Positions 13,190 to 26,200 of a DNA stretch of 64,000 nucleotides are shown here, piece by piece. Made by a program: the position numbers and the translations under genes. The DNA comes from Glaucostegus cemiculus (Eukaryota), in NCBI GenBank assembly GCA_976551045.1, contig CDPCPM010000011.1:7130001-7194000 (forward strand). Reading direction: 5' to 3'. The notes below the pieces were generated by a model that saw only the letters and a program-made list of their open reading frames with translations, searched no databases and had not been told where the DNA came from. Position 1 is the stretch's first letter. Every line of letters begins with the position of its first letter.

Positions 13190-14520
13190 TGACTGAAGCC
13201 TTAATCTTCCTTCGGAAGTTCTTTAGGGTCAAGGCTGATTTGGTTCCACTCCAGTTCTGCAGGTTATATGATGACTAAGACTTTATGTGGAATCTGCAGA
13301 CTCTGCCACAGATGGGGCAGATGGTACTTAACAAGGTCACTTTGGGAGATTAAGCATGCCCCTTGTTCTGTGTGACTAGCTGATGTGCTCCCACCATAGG
13401 GATTTAAGGTATTCATTGGCACTTCTTCATTTTGAATAATCACAATGCAAGGATTCCCACGAGTTGTTGCGCATGTTGCACTTTTTCAAGGAGACTTTAA
13501 GAATAACTTGTAAGTGTTTTTCCTGTTCTCCTGGAAATTCTCTTTCCGTGTGGAGTACTTAGTTTGGGAGTCTGGTATTGAGCATGTCAGTGATGTGACT
13601 GACTCCCTGAATTTGTTGAACATGATCGAAGACTCAGTGCTGGGGATGATGGCCTGGGAGAGAATACTGGCATTGGTTCATTTATCTGCCAAAGGCATCT
13701 ATGGTGATATTTTTCTTTGCTTTGGGATATCTGACTTAGGTTGTCCATGATTCTAAAGTGTACAAGAGGATGGAGGTCACTGCTGCCTATTAGACCATAA
13801 GCTTGGTGCCAGGTCTGAGGTCTCATCCTCAAATCCTCTGTTAGCTGAAGTTACATGGCGGTGAAATTCATCATTAATTTCTGCCTCTGCTGTGTAGAGG
13901 CTCCCGAGATATAGAAAGTGATATACATTTGTCAGGTTCTCATCTTAATTATCGGGGGCATTGTGTGGTGGAGGCAGGTTAATGAAGCACCATCTATTTA
14001 AACACTTCACTGAAGGAGTCAGTGATGATCTCATATGCAAGCAGTGCCTGTATAGTGTAAAGACTGAGGCTGGGGAGATCCTAGTACTGGAGTGGAAATG
14101 GCAAAGGTGCAACAATTCCTGTTCATCCTGTATATTTATTCTAGCTGGAAGATTTTTGGGAGAGGTGTGCAGCATTGTGACAAAGAAAACTATTGAGGTG
14201 ATGACACAAACTTGTTTGACCAGAGGAATGGGTCTTTAGTGGGCCCATTGGTTAAGGTCTTGGGTTTGCTTCCCATTGTGTTACAAATGTAGAGTGGTAA
14301 TGAATTTATGAGAGCAACGATAAGAGAGAAGGATTCTCTGTGATCCCTTTCTCAATGCTCCAAAGTAATTTGGTGGCCTCAGGCAATCCAGTGTACAGAA
14401 TCCACTCTTTGGGTGCAAGGAGAACAGGCTGCCCCATTTCAGTGATTTCCAGGATTCATTGAAAACTAGGATCATACTGAGTATAAGTGGTGATGTATAG
14501 AGAAGGGTGAAGGGGGAGGG
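13190..14520 (-). mobile_element. RTE-clade LINE fragment (RT C-terminal region and 3' end), degenerate
   Basis: Minus-strand translation gives NVYHFLYLGSL (~13930-13898) and DLRPGTKLMV**AAVTSILLYTLESWT (~13823-13743), decayed versions of the RTE motifs VDHFPYLGS and TKLMVYxAxVxxxLLYxxETWT. Confidence 0.75.
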
Positions 14521-15699
14521 AAGAAGTCCCTGCAAATGCTAATATTATGACTTTCTTCTAAATGGTTCTTTGAGTAGTCAGTGTCTGTTTCTAATGTTCA
14601 GTATCTGGTTGCAAAGTCTGCTGAGACTTGTATTACCCTCTGGATATTATGAGAAGGGACCGTGAGAATCATTCAGTGTTTCTACTGAGATTAGCTGTTT
14701 CATAACGTATGAATTCATCTAGTAATTACATAATAAATACAGCAGTGTTTTATATGGTGAGAGGTAATTTTCATTTACAGCAGTCTGTGCTTGAATGAAA
14801 GATATGAAATTGAACCTTCATCCATGTTAACCCTTGCCTAACTTGCAGAAAACTACTGCGTACTACCACTGATGTACAGTAAATGTTGATTAAGATTTTT
14901 GCCACACATCTATATGCTTTCCTGTTTGTATAATAAATCTACAAATTACTGGATTTTAGTACATGAAGCCTAAACACTTGTATGAAATAGATTGTTATTC
15001 TACCAAATAGGTGATGTCTCTGTTAGGATGATGATTAAGATTACATGAACATGTTCATTTTCTAATATTGCCAAAAGCATTTTCTAAGATCTGGTGTTTT
15101 AAGTTGAATAACTCTGAAGGATGCATAATATATAACTAATGGCATTAATATCAGCTGACTCAATTTAGGCAGTTAATTCATTTTTTGCTACTTTCAATAA
15201 CAGGAGGAGATTTTATTTCACAGCACACTCCAATCAGTAAGGAACCTTGACATGGAACAGTACAGCACAGGAACAGGTCCTCCAGTCCACCATGTCTGTA
15301 CTGACCATGCTGTCAATCTAACTAATCCCATCTTCCTGCACTTGGTCTGTGTCCCTCTGTTCCCTGCCTGTTTAAATGCCTCGTAAACATTGCTGTCATA
15401 TCTGGTTTCATCACCTCCCCCTGGAAGCATGTTCCAGGCATCTACTGCCCTCTGCGTATAAAAAAAATCTCACCTTGCACATCATCGGTAAAATTTCCCC
15501 TTCTCACTTTAAAACTATGCCCTCCAGTATTTGACTTTTCCATCCTGGGAAAAAGAAGCTGACATTCTACCCTATCTAGGCCTCTCATAATTTTATATAC
15601 TTCAATCAGGTTGCTGCTTATTCTCCAATGCTCCAGAGTAAACAATCCAAATTTGTGTAACCTCTCCTTATAGCCAATCCAGGCAACATCCTGGTGAGC

Positions 15700-17693
15700 A
15701 TAGAATGTTACAGCACAGTACAGGCCCTTTGGTCCACAATGTTGTGCTGACATTTTATCCTGCTCTAACATCCATCTCACCCTTCCCTCCCAGATAGCTC
15801 TCCATTTTTCTAATCTTAAATGTCCCTAATGCATCTGCCCCTACAACCTCAGCCAGCAGTGCTGTCCACACACCCACCACTCCTTGTGTAAAAAAAACTT
15901 AACTCTGACATCCCCCTTATACCCTCCTCCAATCACCTTAAAATTATGCCCCTTCATGTTAGCAATTTTTTCCCCTGGGAAAAAGTATCCAACTATCCAC
16001 TCAAACTATTGCCTCTTACACCTCTATCAAGTCACCTCTCATCCTCCTCCTCTCCAAAGAGAAAAGTCCAAGCTCACTCAACCTGCCCTCATAAGACATG
16101 CTCTCCAATCCAGGCATCCTGGTAAATCTCTTCTGCACCCCCTCTAAAGCTTCCATGTCTTTCTTATAATGAGGCAACCAGAACTGATCACAATACTCCA
16201 AGTGAGGTCTACCCAGAGTTCTATAGAGCTGCAACATTACCTTGTAGCTCTTGAACTCAATACCCCGAATAATGAAGGCCAACACACCATACACCTTCTT
16301 AACAACCCTATTGACAGGCGCAGCAGCCTTGAGGGATCAATGGACCTAGACCCCAAGATGCCTCTGTTCCTCCGCACTGCTAAGAGTCCTGCATTAACCT
16401 TGTATTCTGCCTTCAAATTTAATCTTCCAAAGTGTACCACTTCACACTTTTTTGGGTTGAATTCCATCTGCCACTCCTCAGCCCAGCTCTGCATCCTATC
16501 AATGCCCTGTTGTAATCGACAGCAACCTTCTACACTATCCAGAACACCACAACCTTCATGTCATCTGCGCACTTACTAACCCACCCTTCCACATCCTCAT
16601 CCAAGTCATTTATGGAAATCACAAAGAGCAGCAGTCCCAAAACACCACTGGTCACCGACCTCCAGGCAGAGTATGTTCCATCTACCACCACCATCTGTCT
16701 TCTATGGGCGAGCCAATTCTGAATCCACACAGCCAAGTTTCCCTGGATCCCGTGCCTCCTGCCTTTCTGAATGAGCCTTCCATGATGAACCTTATCAAAT
16801 GCCTTACTAAAATCCATGCACACCACATCCACTGCTCCTCCTTCATCAATGTGCTTTGCTACATCGTCAAAGAATTCAATCAGGCTCATGAGGCATGGCC
16901 TGCCCCTCACTAAGCTATGCTGACTGTCCCTAATCAGCCTATGCTTCTCCAAATGCCCATAAGTCATATCTCTAAGAATCTTCTCCAGTAATTTGCCACC
17001 ACTGAAGTAAGACTGACTGGTCTATAATTCCCAGGGTTATCTCTACTCTCTTTTTTAAACAAAGAAACAACATCTGCCACCCTCCAATCATCTGACAATA
17101 CTCCTGTGGCCAGTGAGGACACAAAGATTGTCACCAAAGGCACAGCAATCTCTTCCCTCACTTCCTGTAGTAACCTTGGATATATCCTGTCCGATCCCAG
17201 TGACTTATCTATCCTAATGTTTTTCAAGAGTTCCAGCACATCTTCTTTCCTTACATCGACATGCCCTAGCACAGCACCCTGCTGTATGCCATCCTCAAAA
17301 TGCAGGGTCTCTCCCACTGGTGTATACTGAAGCAAAGTATTCATTAAGGACCTCCCCTACCTCTTCCAGTTCCAGTCACACGTTTCCTCTTTTATCCCTG
17401 ATCAGTCCTATCCTCACTCTAGTCATCCTCCTATTCTTCATATACATGTGGAATGCCTTGGGGTTTTCCTTAATCCTACTCGCCAAGGCCTTCTCATGCC
17501 CCCTTCTAGTTCTCCTAAGTCCATTCTTAAGCTCCCTCCTGGCTACCTTGTAACCCTCCAGAGCCCTGTTTAATCCATGCTTTTTAAACCTTAGGTAAGC
17601 TTCTTTCTTCCACTTGACAAAATATTCTACGTCTCTTGTCAACCACAGTTCCTTCACTCTACCATTTTTCCCCTGCCTCTTGGAGGGGAAGGA
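15700..17693 (-). mobile_element. Younger 5'-truncated CR1 LINE (RT pseudogene) nested in the older CR1
   Basis: Frameshifted ORFs 16016..17344 carry NYRPVSLTSV, DFSKAFDKVHH, KCADD and LFSLERRRMRGDLIEV. The 3' tail starts at 15700. Flanked by tggtgagc (15692-15699) and tggtaagc (17694-17701). Confidence 0.92.
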
Positions 17694-18692
17694 TGGTAAG
17701 CCTCTCACCTTCCCCAAAGCCTCCAGATCCTTCCTATAGTGTGGCGACCAGAAATGCACACAATGCTCCAAATGTGGCATACCAAAGTTTTTTTTACAGT
17801 TGCAGCATGACTTCCCAAATTTTATACTTAATGCCCTGATTAATGAAGGCAAGCATACCTTCTTTACCACCCTATCCATTTGAGTTGCCACTTTCAAGGA
17901 ACTATGGATTTGCACCCCTACATCCCTCTGTACATCAATGATCCTAAAGCTGTGCCATTTACTGAATACTTTCCACTTGCACATGACCTCCCAAAATGTA
18001 TCACCTCACACTTGTCTGGATTAAGCTCCGTCTGCCATTTCTGCACTGAACTTTCCAACTAATCCTCCTCTGTATCCACAGCTCCAAAAATTCTTATTTT
18101 GCCTGCAAACTTACAAATCAGTCCACCTATATTTTCATCCAAATCATTAATATACATTACAGAAACAGAGGTTCTAGCACTGATCCTTGCAGAATGTCAC
18201 TTGTCACAGACCTCCACTCAGAGAAAGTCCACTCCACCACTACCCTGTTTTCCATGACCAAGCCAATTTGGTTCAACTTTGTGAGATGATACCTCTCTTA
18301 CACAAAACCATGCTGACTGTCCCTAATAAATCCATGCTTTTCCAAATGCAAAAAAAATCGCGTCCTAAAGAATCTACTCCAATAATCTCCCTGCCACTGA
18401 TGTAAGACTGGACTGTAATTTCTTGGCTTATCCCCGTTACCCCTCTTAAACAAAGTAACAACATTGGCTATTCGCCAGTCCTTTGGGACCTCAGCCATCT
18501 CTTCTCTTACCACTCTCAGTACCTTGGAATACATTCCATCAGGTTATCCACCTTAATGTTTTTCAGGAGACCCAACAATGCGTCCTTCTTAATATCGATG
18601 TGCCCTAGAATATCAACATACCCCTCCCTGAACTTACCATCATCCATGTCCTTCTCCTTGGTGAATATCAGTGCAAAGTGCTCATTAAGGAC

Positions 18693-18780
18693 TTATGTAG
18701 CAACAAACAAGATGCTGGAGAAAATGTAGGTGTTATTTATTTATTGCTACAGATTCCAATATCTGCAGTCTCTTATATCT
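18693..18780. mobile_element. 88-bp Penelope-like terminal remnant with internal inversion
   Basis: Contains ttgctacagattccaatatctgcagtctctt and an inverted copy of its start. Flanked by tcattaaggac (18682-18692) and tcatgaaggac (18781-18791). Confidence 0.6.
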
Positions 18781-20937
18781 TCATGAAGGACCTTGACCAC
18801 TTCCTCAGGCTCCACACACAAAAAGACACATCCTCTGTCCTTGAGTGGCCCTACCCTTTCCCTCCTTGCTCTTACTATATACATAAAATGCCCCGGGATT
18901 CTCCTTGATCCTACTTGCCAAGGACATTTCATGGTCCCTTTTAGATGTCCTGATTCAGTGTTCAAGTTCTTTCCTGCTTCCTTTATCTTCCTCAAGGGCC
19001 TTGTCCGATTTCAGCTTGCTAATATACTACATATGCCTCCTTTTCCTTTTTGACTGAATTTACAATATCTCATGTTATTCCAAGGTACCTGAACCTTGCC
19101 GTCCTTGTCTTTCATCCTCACAGGAACATGCTGGTCCTGAACTCTAACCAGCCAGCCTTGAAATGACTCAAACATGTCTGTGGATTTATCCCCAAACAGC
19201 CACTCCCAATCTACTTTCCCCAGTTCCTGCCCAGTACTGGTGTGTACATGAAGTATCTTTGAGAGATTAAGAATAGTAATTGTCAAGAACAAAAGTGGTG
19301 AAAGAGAGAGAGAAAGTGAGTGTGAGTGAGCTTGTGAACTTCAAGGAGCAAACTGTTGTTGAAAAGAAATCTCACTCAGAGCTTTTTGGAGCATTGATTT
19401 GCAACCTTGCAATTTCAACAGCATCTGCCTCTTCAGGACCTTCATTGTTAGGCTGAGTAGTCAATGTCTGTGTCTAATGTTGAGTATCTGGTGAGGAGGA
19501 GTCCCCAGCAGAAGAAGAATGGTGTCAATTTTTGTTGTATGCTAGGAAGCCTTTTTCAGTGTTGAAATGGAAACCAATAACATCTAACACTTAGCTCAAT
19601 ATACTTCCAGCCTCTGAACAACTGAAGGCTGTAGCTACAGGCATGTGCAACTAGTGTCTGACCTTGTATTATTGTAATAGTGTTATTCATTAATATTATT
19701 TAGCAAATTTCAATAATGAACCACACAGTCTGTAAATTATTGCACTTTGCAAGGACATTGTCCAAAAAGGAATATTAAATCTGTGAAATAGATACTTTAT
19801 CTTTTTTTTATCGTATTCATTAGAAACAAAATGTGCTGACACCTCCCACATTAATGGTTTCTGTTATCCAGCTGTAAGGTGGATTACATCATGACTGACT
19901 ATGTTTTAGGGCACTTATAATATTTTCCTTATGCCTTCAGTTAAGGAGAAGTGTTTTAATAAAAGAAGTAGATTCTTAGTAGTTGAGCTCAAAAAGAGAA
20001 ACTCGTGCAAAGGATATTGCACATTGGTACAAGGCATGGACATTTTTCTTTCATATAGATTAACAAAAAGCAGTCTCTTTAACTAATATTCACTCTTTGT
20101 ATTTGCCTGTTCTTTCTCTGCCCTGCAGCACAACATTCAACACAGCAACATTCAGCTGCCTAAGCCTGCTTAGCCATTCAATTTGATTGTGGCCGATCTG
20201 TGGTGACTCATTTGCTTTCACCTTGCTCAGCTCCATATCCCTTGATAACCTTGCCAACGAAGACAAATGGATATCACTTTTGAAAGCACTAATTATCCCT
20301 GTATCCCCAGCATGAGTCACTCCTCTCTGTCGCTGGAGTCTATGCAGAGAGTCCAGTGGGGAAGCCCGATCCTCCTGGGATACAATGGGCAATTTGCCTC
20401 TCCCATCCCAAGAAAAAAAGCTGGTGAATTCAGACCTTGGAGGAGTGCTGACCCCATTCATTTTAAAAAAAACATTTCCTGGCCCTGTGAATTAGATAGG
20501 AAGAGTACACAAGATCTGCTATTTACTTGTTTTTCAATATTTTTTAATTACCTAGTGTTTAATATATTTTAATTGATTTTGGTTTTTGGTATATCTTTTT
20601 TAAATAACTATATTTTTAATATTATGTAATGCAATCTTCTTTTAAAAGTTTCTGAATATCAGAGGCATATAAAATCCATTTCAAAACCCCAATGGATTTG
20701 ATAGAGGCTGTCTGGATATTTATGGGTGGGGTTCTGGCAATACACCAACGCAGACCTCTCTCTGTTGAGGTCCTGCCATACCTCACTGGGAGAGGGGCCT
20801 CAGCTAATTTGGCCTGCCAAGTCTTATCCAGGTACGTGTGGGTGGACGGTGACACCAGTCCGACAATTCCGGGCAACAAGCCAAATCCAGCTTGATTTGG
20901 CCCCCATGTGCACGAAGGATAATATGAATGGTCTTAC

Positions 20938-20991
20938 CGGCAGATTCCTCTGTGCTGCTGGCAGCAGTAGTAGGTGGGACCACTGGAATTT
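20938..20991 (-). CDS. NTN1: Netrin-1 54-nt coding exon (linker between EGF V-3 and the C domain)
   Basis: tattttctttcccacag|AA ATT CCA GTG GTC CCA CCT ACT ACT GCT GCC AGC AGC ACA GAG GAA TCT GCC G|gtaagac = (K)IPVVPPTTAASSTEESA(D). Strong splice sites, phase 1-1, and close to the vertebrate netrin-1 linker KIPVAPPTTAASS.EEP.D. Confidence 0.93.
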
Positions 20992-23000
20992 CTGTGGGAA
21001 AGAAAATATAAGCAACAGCAGTGAAACATTAATATATTATTGACAGGAACAATGAAAGTATAAATATAAAAAGCATTTGTGTTGTCAATGAGCTTTTCCA
21101 CAACTCTACAGAGCATGTGGGCATTGTTAGGAATGAAAAGCTTATTTACAGCAATTGTACTGGACCTCCATTCATAGGAGTTTCTGCTGAATAACAACAA
21201 ATTGGGGATATCATCTCCAACAAGACTTGATTCTTTCAAACCTACACCTTTCTGGGAGAAAACCAGCATTGAGATTGGTCATGCATGAAAGATCACTGCT
21301 CACCAAAAGAGGTGAGAGCGAACTCTTAAGATCATTTTATTTTATTTCAGTTGAGTTCTTGTACACTTGAAGGCAAGTAGACAGCAAGGATGACATATCA
21401 GCAATAGGGTCACATCCAAAGTCAGTAAGAGATCAGGTTCTGACTCTATCAGAGACACACAGTATACCAGAACAAACATAGAAATATTAGGTAATTGCAT
21501 GATGTAATTCACCAAAGCAATGAAATGTGGCTGTTTAAAAGGTGAGTGAAGAATCAAGTCTTATAGAAACAGGTGTCACATTATGCTTGCCATTGTCTGA
21601 CCCTGTAAGCATTTATGCTTTTAAGCTAATCGAGATCAATCATAATCATTTTATCTATACATATCTTGGCAGAAGTGCATTTCAGTTGATTTATATGCAA
21701 TCATATTCCTGAACAGGGTACAGCTGATATGGTCTAAATTAATTTCTTGCTGGGTTTAGGATCTAAACAATCCAGCTTAGCTAAAATTTATATCAAGATG
21801 TAAAACCTTATCCATTTTATCTTGATGTAGGAGCACAGGGTCAAAACAGGAATTGTGCTTTCAGCTCTATAAAACATGGGTTAATTCACCACAGGGAAAA
21901 GCAATGAAGATGTCCTTCAGCTGTCATAAAAGGATTTGGTTTGGAGGCAGTGTGTTCATTCAGATTTTTGAGCATTTGAAGTCTTAACTAGCAATTCCAT
22001 AACTTCTTAAGTTCAAACACCCTTTCAGCTAAACTGCCTTATTTTTTTCTTTCCATCTTTTTGAAAGAAGTTATTTATGTGTGGTACAGTTCCGTGGGAT
22101 AGACATGGGCCTGTGCATGGCCAAATTTTGAATGCAAGCCTGGATGGTGACTTTAATTAGTATCCATTAGGCTAAGGAAGATTGTGTCCCCAACAGTGAT
22201 CCACACAACACCTTCCTTGGATGAACAATTGTTTTGGAATGTTGAGGTCAAATATATTGAGACTGAAGCTAGTACTTTCCTGATAACTTTCCCTCTCTGT
22301 GTGGCTCAGAACTGCACATCATGAAGTGCATTCAGTACTGAACAGTCAGGATGGGTTCTGCATGGGGAACTTGTTGGAGATCTATTTCCTGCCAACTGAT
22401 TACACAATGAAAACAAAGGTGGTTGTAGCAAGTTCATAACTTTAACTATGATGCATTCCTACCACTAAATGTGACTAAATAGTGAATGAGGAGGGGATTG
22501 AAGAATAGAATATTTCTTTATTGACCACATTAATTGCTGGAATTGCAGTCAAACTTTTCTCCTCCTGACAGAAAATTTCCCTGAGATTTGTGGTTAATTT
22601 AGCAATAAGAGGCCATGAGAAAGCCGGCATTCCAAGGAGCATTCACACAGGATGCATATTTTTGAGGTCAGGAAAAAAATTGCATTGTCAGGGCAATGCA
22701 GCAGAAATCTAGTACTGTATTCCCAATTATTGCCGTATGCTAGAATTTGAGAGACAGTTGAACTAGTTGAGATAAATAGGAAGTCGTTGTATAATAAGAA
22801 CACTTTAACTATTGGTTACTAAAGAATTTGTTATATTACTGTTCCTTCTAAGGAAGACCTTATTTCTGTGAATTCTTTAGCAATGCAAGAACTGCTTATT
22901 TTGATCCAATCATTTCAAGCTCATTGTTAGACGTAATCAAATTTCATTTCAGACCATGCTATAAAACTACTTCTACTCAGAGGGACAGAAAGATTAGTCA

Positions 23001-23261
<261 letters not shown>

Positions 23262-26200
23262 TCAGAGATAGTGATGCAACTTCTGCAATTGCTGCTTGTG
23301 ACCTTGGTTTTAAAATCATGCCAAATGCCCATCTCCTCTTTCAGAGAACATTACTTGAATATCTGTGAAATATTTAAACAGCAACAAGGTTTCTAAAAAC
23401 ATTGGCACAAACACAAGCTAATTAAAGTTACAAAGTGTCATTTAGACAGTGATTAGTCGCCGTCCACTTTCAATGGAAGTTCAAAGATCATTAAGAACAT
23501 GGACAGTTACAACACATGTTTAAATAATTCTGAATAAATAAATGATCTTGATTAGATAGGGAAAGAAAATGTGGTACAATAGATCACAATGGAATAAAAA
23601 CCATTAAGGTATACAGGTCATGAAATCCACTAGTTATGAGTTGATATAAGTATTTAAATGCTGTCCTTTTATCTCATTTTAGTAAAACTAGGTTATATCT
23701 TTTCATTTATCATTAGACTATACTTTCATTTTACCAATAGAACAAAGAAACCTGTAAAGAATAGGAATACCAATTGGAAATGATGTTATGTAGTATTATA
23801 ACAGCATATCACTTTCCTCTGACTGGCATTTAAATACAACCATTAATCCATTTACTTCAAACAGCATAAAGCTTCTGTTAAATAGTGTACAGAGGAATTT
23901 GATGATGCTCTCCAGAGTCTCTACACTCTTCAAGAAATTAAGAAATTCTTAATTTCAAAACAGTATTTGTCATTTAACCTAGAGCAATACTCAAGGTTTC
24001 TGATATCAAGAAATGCATTTACTGCTATTCGATCATTGCTACATACGTTCAGCCGTCGGTTAACATATGTAGTTTGCAATAAACAATAATCTAAGATGAG
24101 GTAGACAATATAAACTTTTTCATAGTAAAGCAACTTGACAGTCTTTGCGCTGTAAACCTATATTTAATAGCAATATACAGTACAATTAAAATGTAGACAA
24201 AGACTATGTAATATATGGGCTTTTCATTTAAATTATTTTCCATTTAAAATAACACTCATGAATGGGAGCTTTTGACATTAATCTATGCTTAAAGTTACTT
24301 AATGAGAACAGTTGAAATGATCAATTGTTATTTAATTACAACCTTGCAATAAAAATGATAAATGGGGGAGGCAATGTAATAAAAGGATTGTGGGAAAGGG
24401 AGCTCGGTGCAGTCAAGTCAATAGTGTTATTCTTCCTCCACTCTTTGCTGGTTGCTTAGAGAATTAGGATTTTGTACTGCAGTAGCATTTTGATTTGTAG
24501 TTGAAAGCTGAGTAAAATCAATAGTGCAAATGGTTTAGTCTGCCACTATCATTGATTTGAACCTAAAAATGTGAAAACTTTCCTGCACATCATAATTAAA
24601 AATTATCACTGTTCTATCCTTTTTCACTTTTGTCACGATTTTGAGAGTGGGAAAAGGTTTTGTCCAGAGCATTTGGAAACACTGATAATGCTGACCACCA
24701 GAGTCCTAGACCAGGAAGGACTTTGGATCCTTCACTGATTAGAGCTTTAACTTCCTTTGCCTTGCAATAGCAGAGGACGTGACTTCCATCCATTCATTAG
24801 CACTGGCATTGATTCGAGCTGTTCTTCCTTTATTTGAACACTGCAGGAGATTTAAACATCCATGATTTTAAATTTGCTCTTTTAGAGCTGGAAAGGGAGG
24901 CCAGATAGAGTATGGAGGTGTTCAATTCACCAGTGTGCCACATGACCTTGCTGTGAAAGGTTTACTAACTGGACCAAATCAGGCAGGGTAGAATGGGCCA
25001 GACACAGCTACCATAAGTACGTTGTACAAAGCAAATTTGCAATATACAACCATCTCCTCCTACTACATTAAATTGCCTAATTAGCTCACCATCACATCTA
25101 CAGATTAATAAGGCATCCTTTCATACCTCACCTGGAAATGTTCTTTCATTCACATTCTTACATGTATACTGCCACCAATGCTTTGTATGGAATGCAAATG
25201 CTTGTTCATGTACACTAGAAAATCTATTTTGATCTGCATGCTGACAGCAGGGTTTTTCTGTGTCAAAGGAATGAAAGGTTACCCTTACTTTATCACATTA
25301 ATTCTACAAGCTGAGAGACGGCCCACAATAGCTGAGGGAGAATGACAACAGTTGACAAAAACCTAAAATAACAACATCTCATCCCTTTGAGGAAGCCAGT
25401 TGCAGATCTTGAAATGGGAAAAGGTGGATATCAAAGATGACAAAGTAGGAAGTCTTGTGTTAGCAAAGAATTAATGCTGGCAATCTTGTAATGTATATGA
25501 ATGTTCTTAAGCACTCTACCACATGGTATGACTTATGATACATTGGTGTGGTCACTGTGGTTAATTGAGAGGTGCTGGTCTCCAATAAAGGATGTTATGT
25601 TGATAGCTCTCCTTCTATTATTTGCCCCGGTAAACAAGCGACATTAAAGAGCCTGCAGATACCACAGTTCTGGATCTAATACTGCCATCTTAATAGTTAG
25701 TAGGCCATTTCATGAAATTCTTATGTCACTCGTTCTACTGCAGAAGCTACATTCTGAGGAAACTCTTCCCAATTTTTGTTCCTTGCAGATATATTTAAGG
25801 AAGTCATGACCTGCAGCTTTAATACTGTGACAAATATTTTTGCAATTCTGTTGACCTCCTGGAGCAATGGCATTTTCCAGGTCATCTGCACAGTTCAACC
25901 CATGGTACAGGCCTCAAGTGTGGTATGCTCTTCTTCCTTGGATTATTCAGACTAATGCTTTAAATATCTTAGAAAGACCACCTCTTCAAGCTTATTAGTG
26001 ATGGGTGCTGGAATGCCATGAAGTATCATATCAGCATAAATTGGTAACATTAAAATCACTTTATCACAGATCAATGGCCATAAAACAAGTGCCCAATTTC
26101 AGTGGAAAGGCAAGAATGTACTCCTATGATGTTGCTACCTCACACGATGGTACATTTTCATGCCTTCATATCTGCTCTCTGTGGCCATCACTGCTGGCAT

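Larger units (their letters stand above)
15245..19235 (-). mobile_element. Older CR1 LINE (host element) split by two later insertions
   Basis: The 3' part at 15245-15699 (GLFTLEHWRISSNLIEVYKIMRGLD) continues colinearly at 17694-19235 (PHLEHCVHFWSPHYRKDLEAL; DWRIANVVTLFKRG). Confidence 0.85.
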
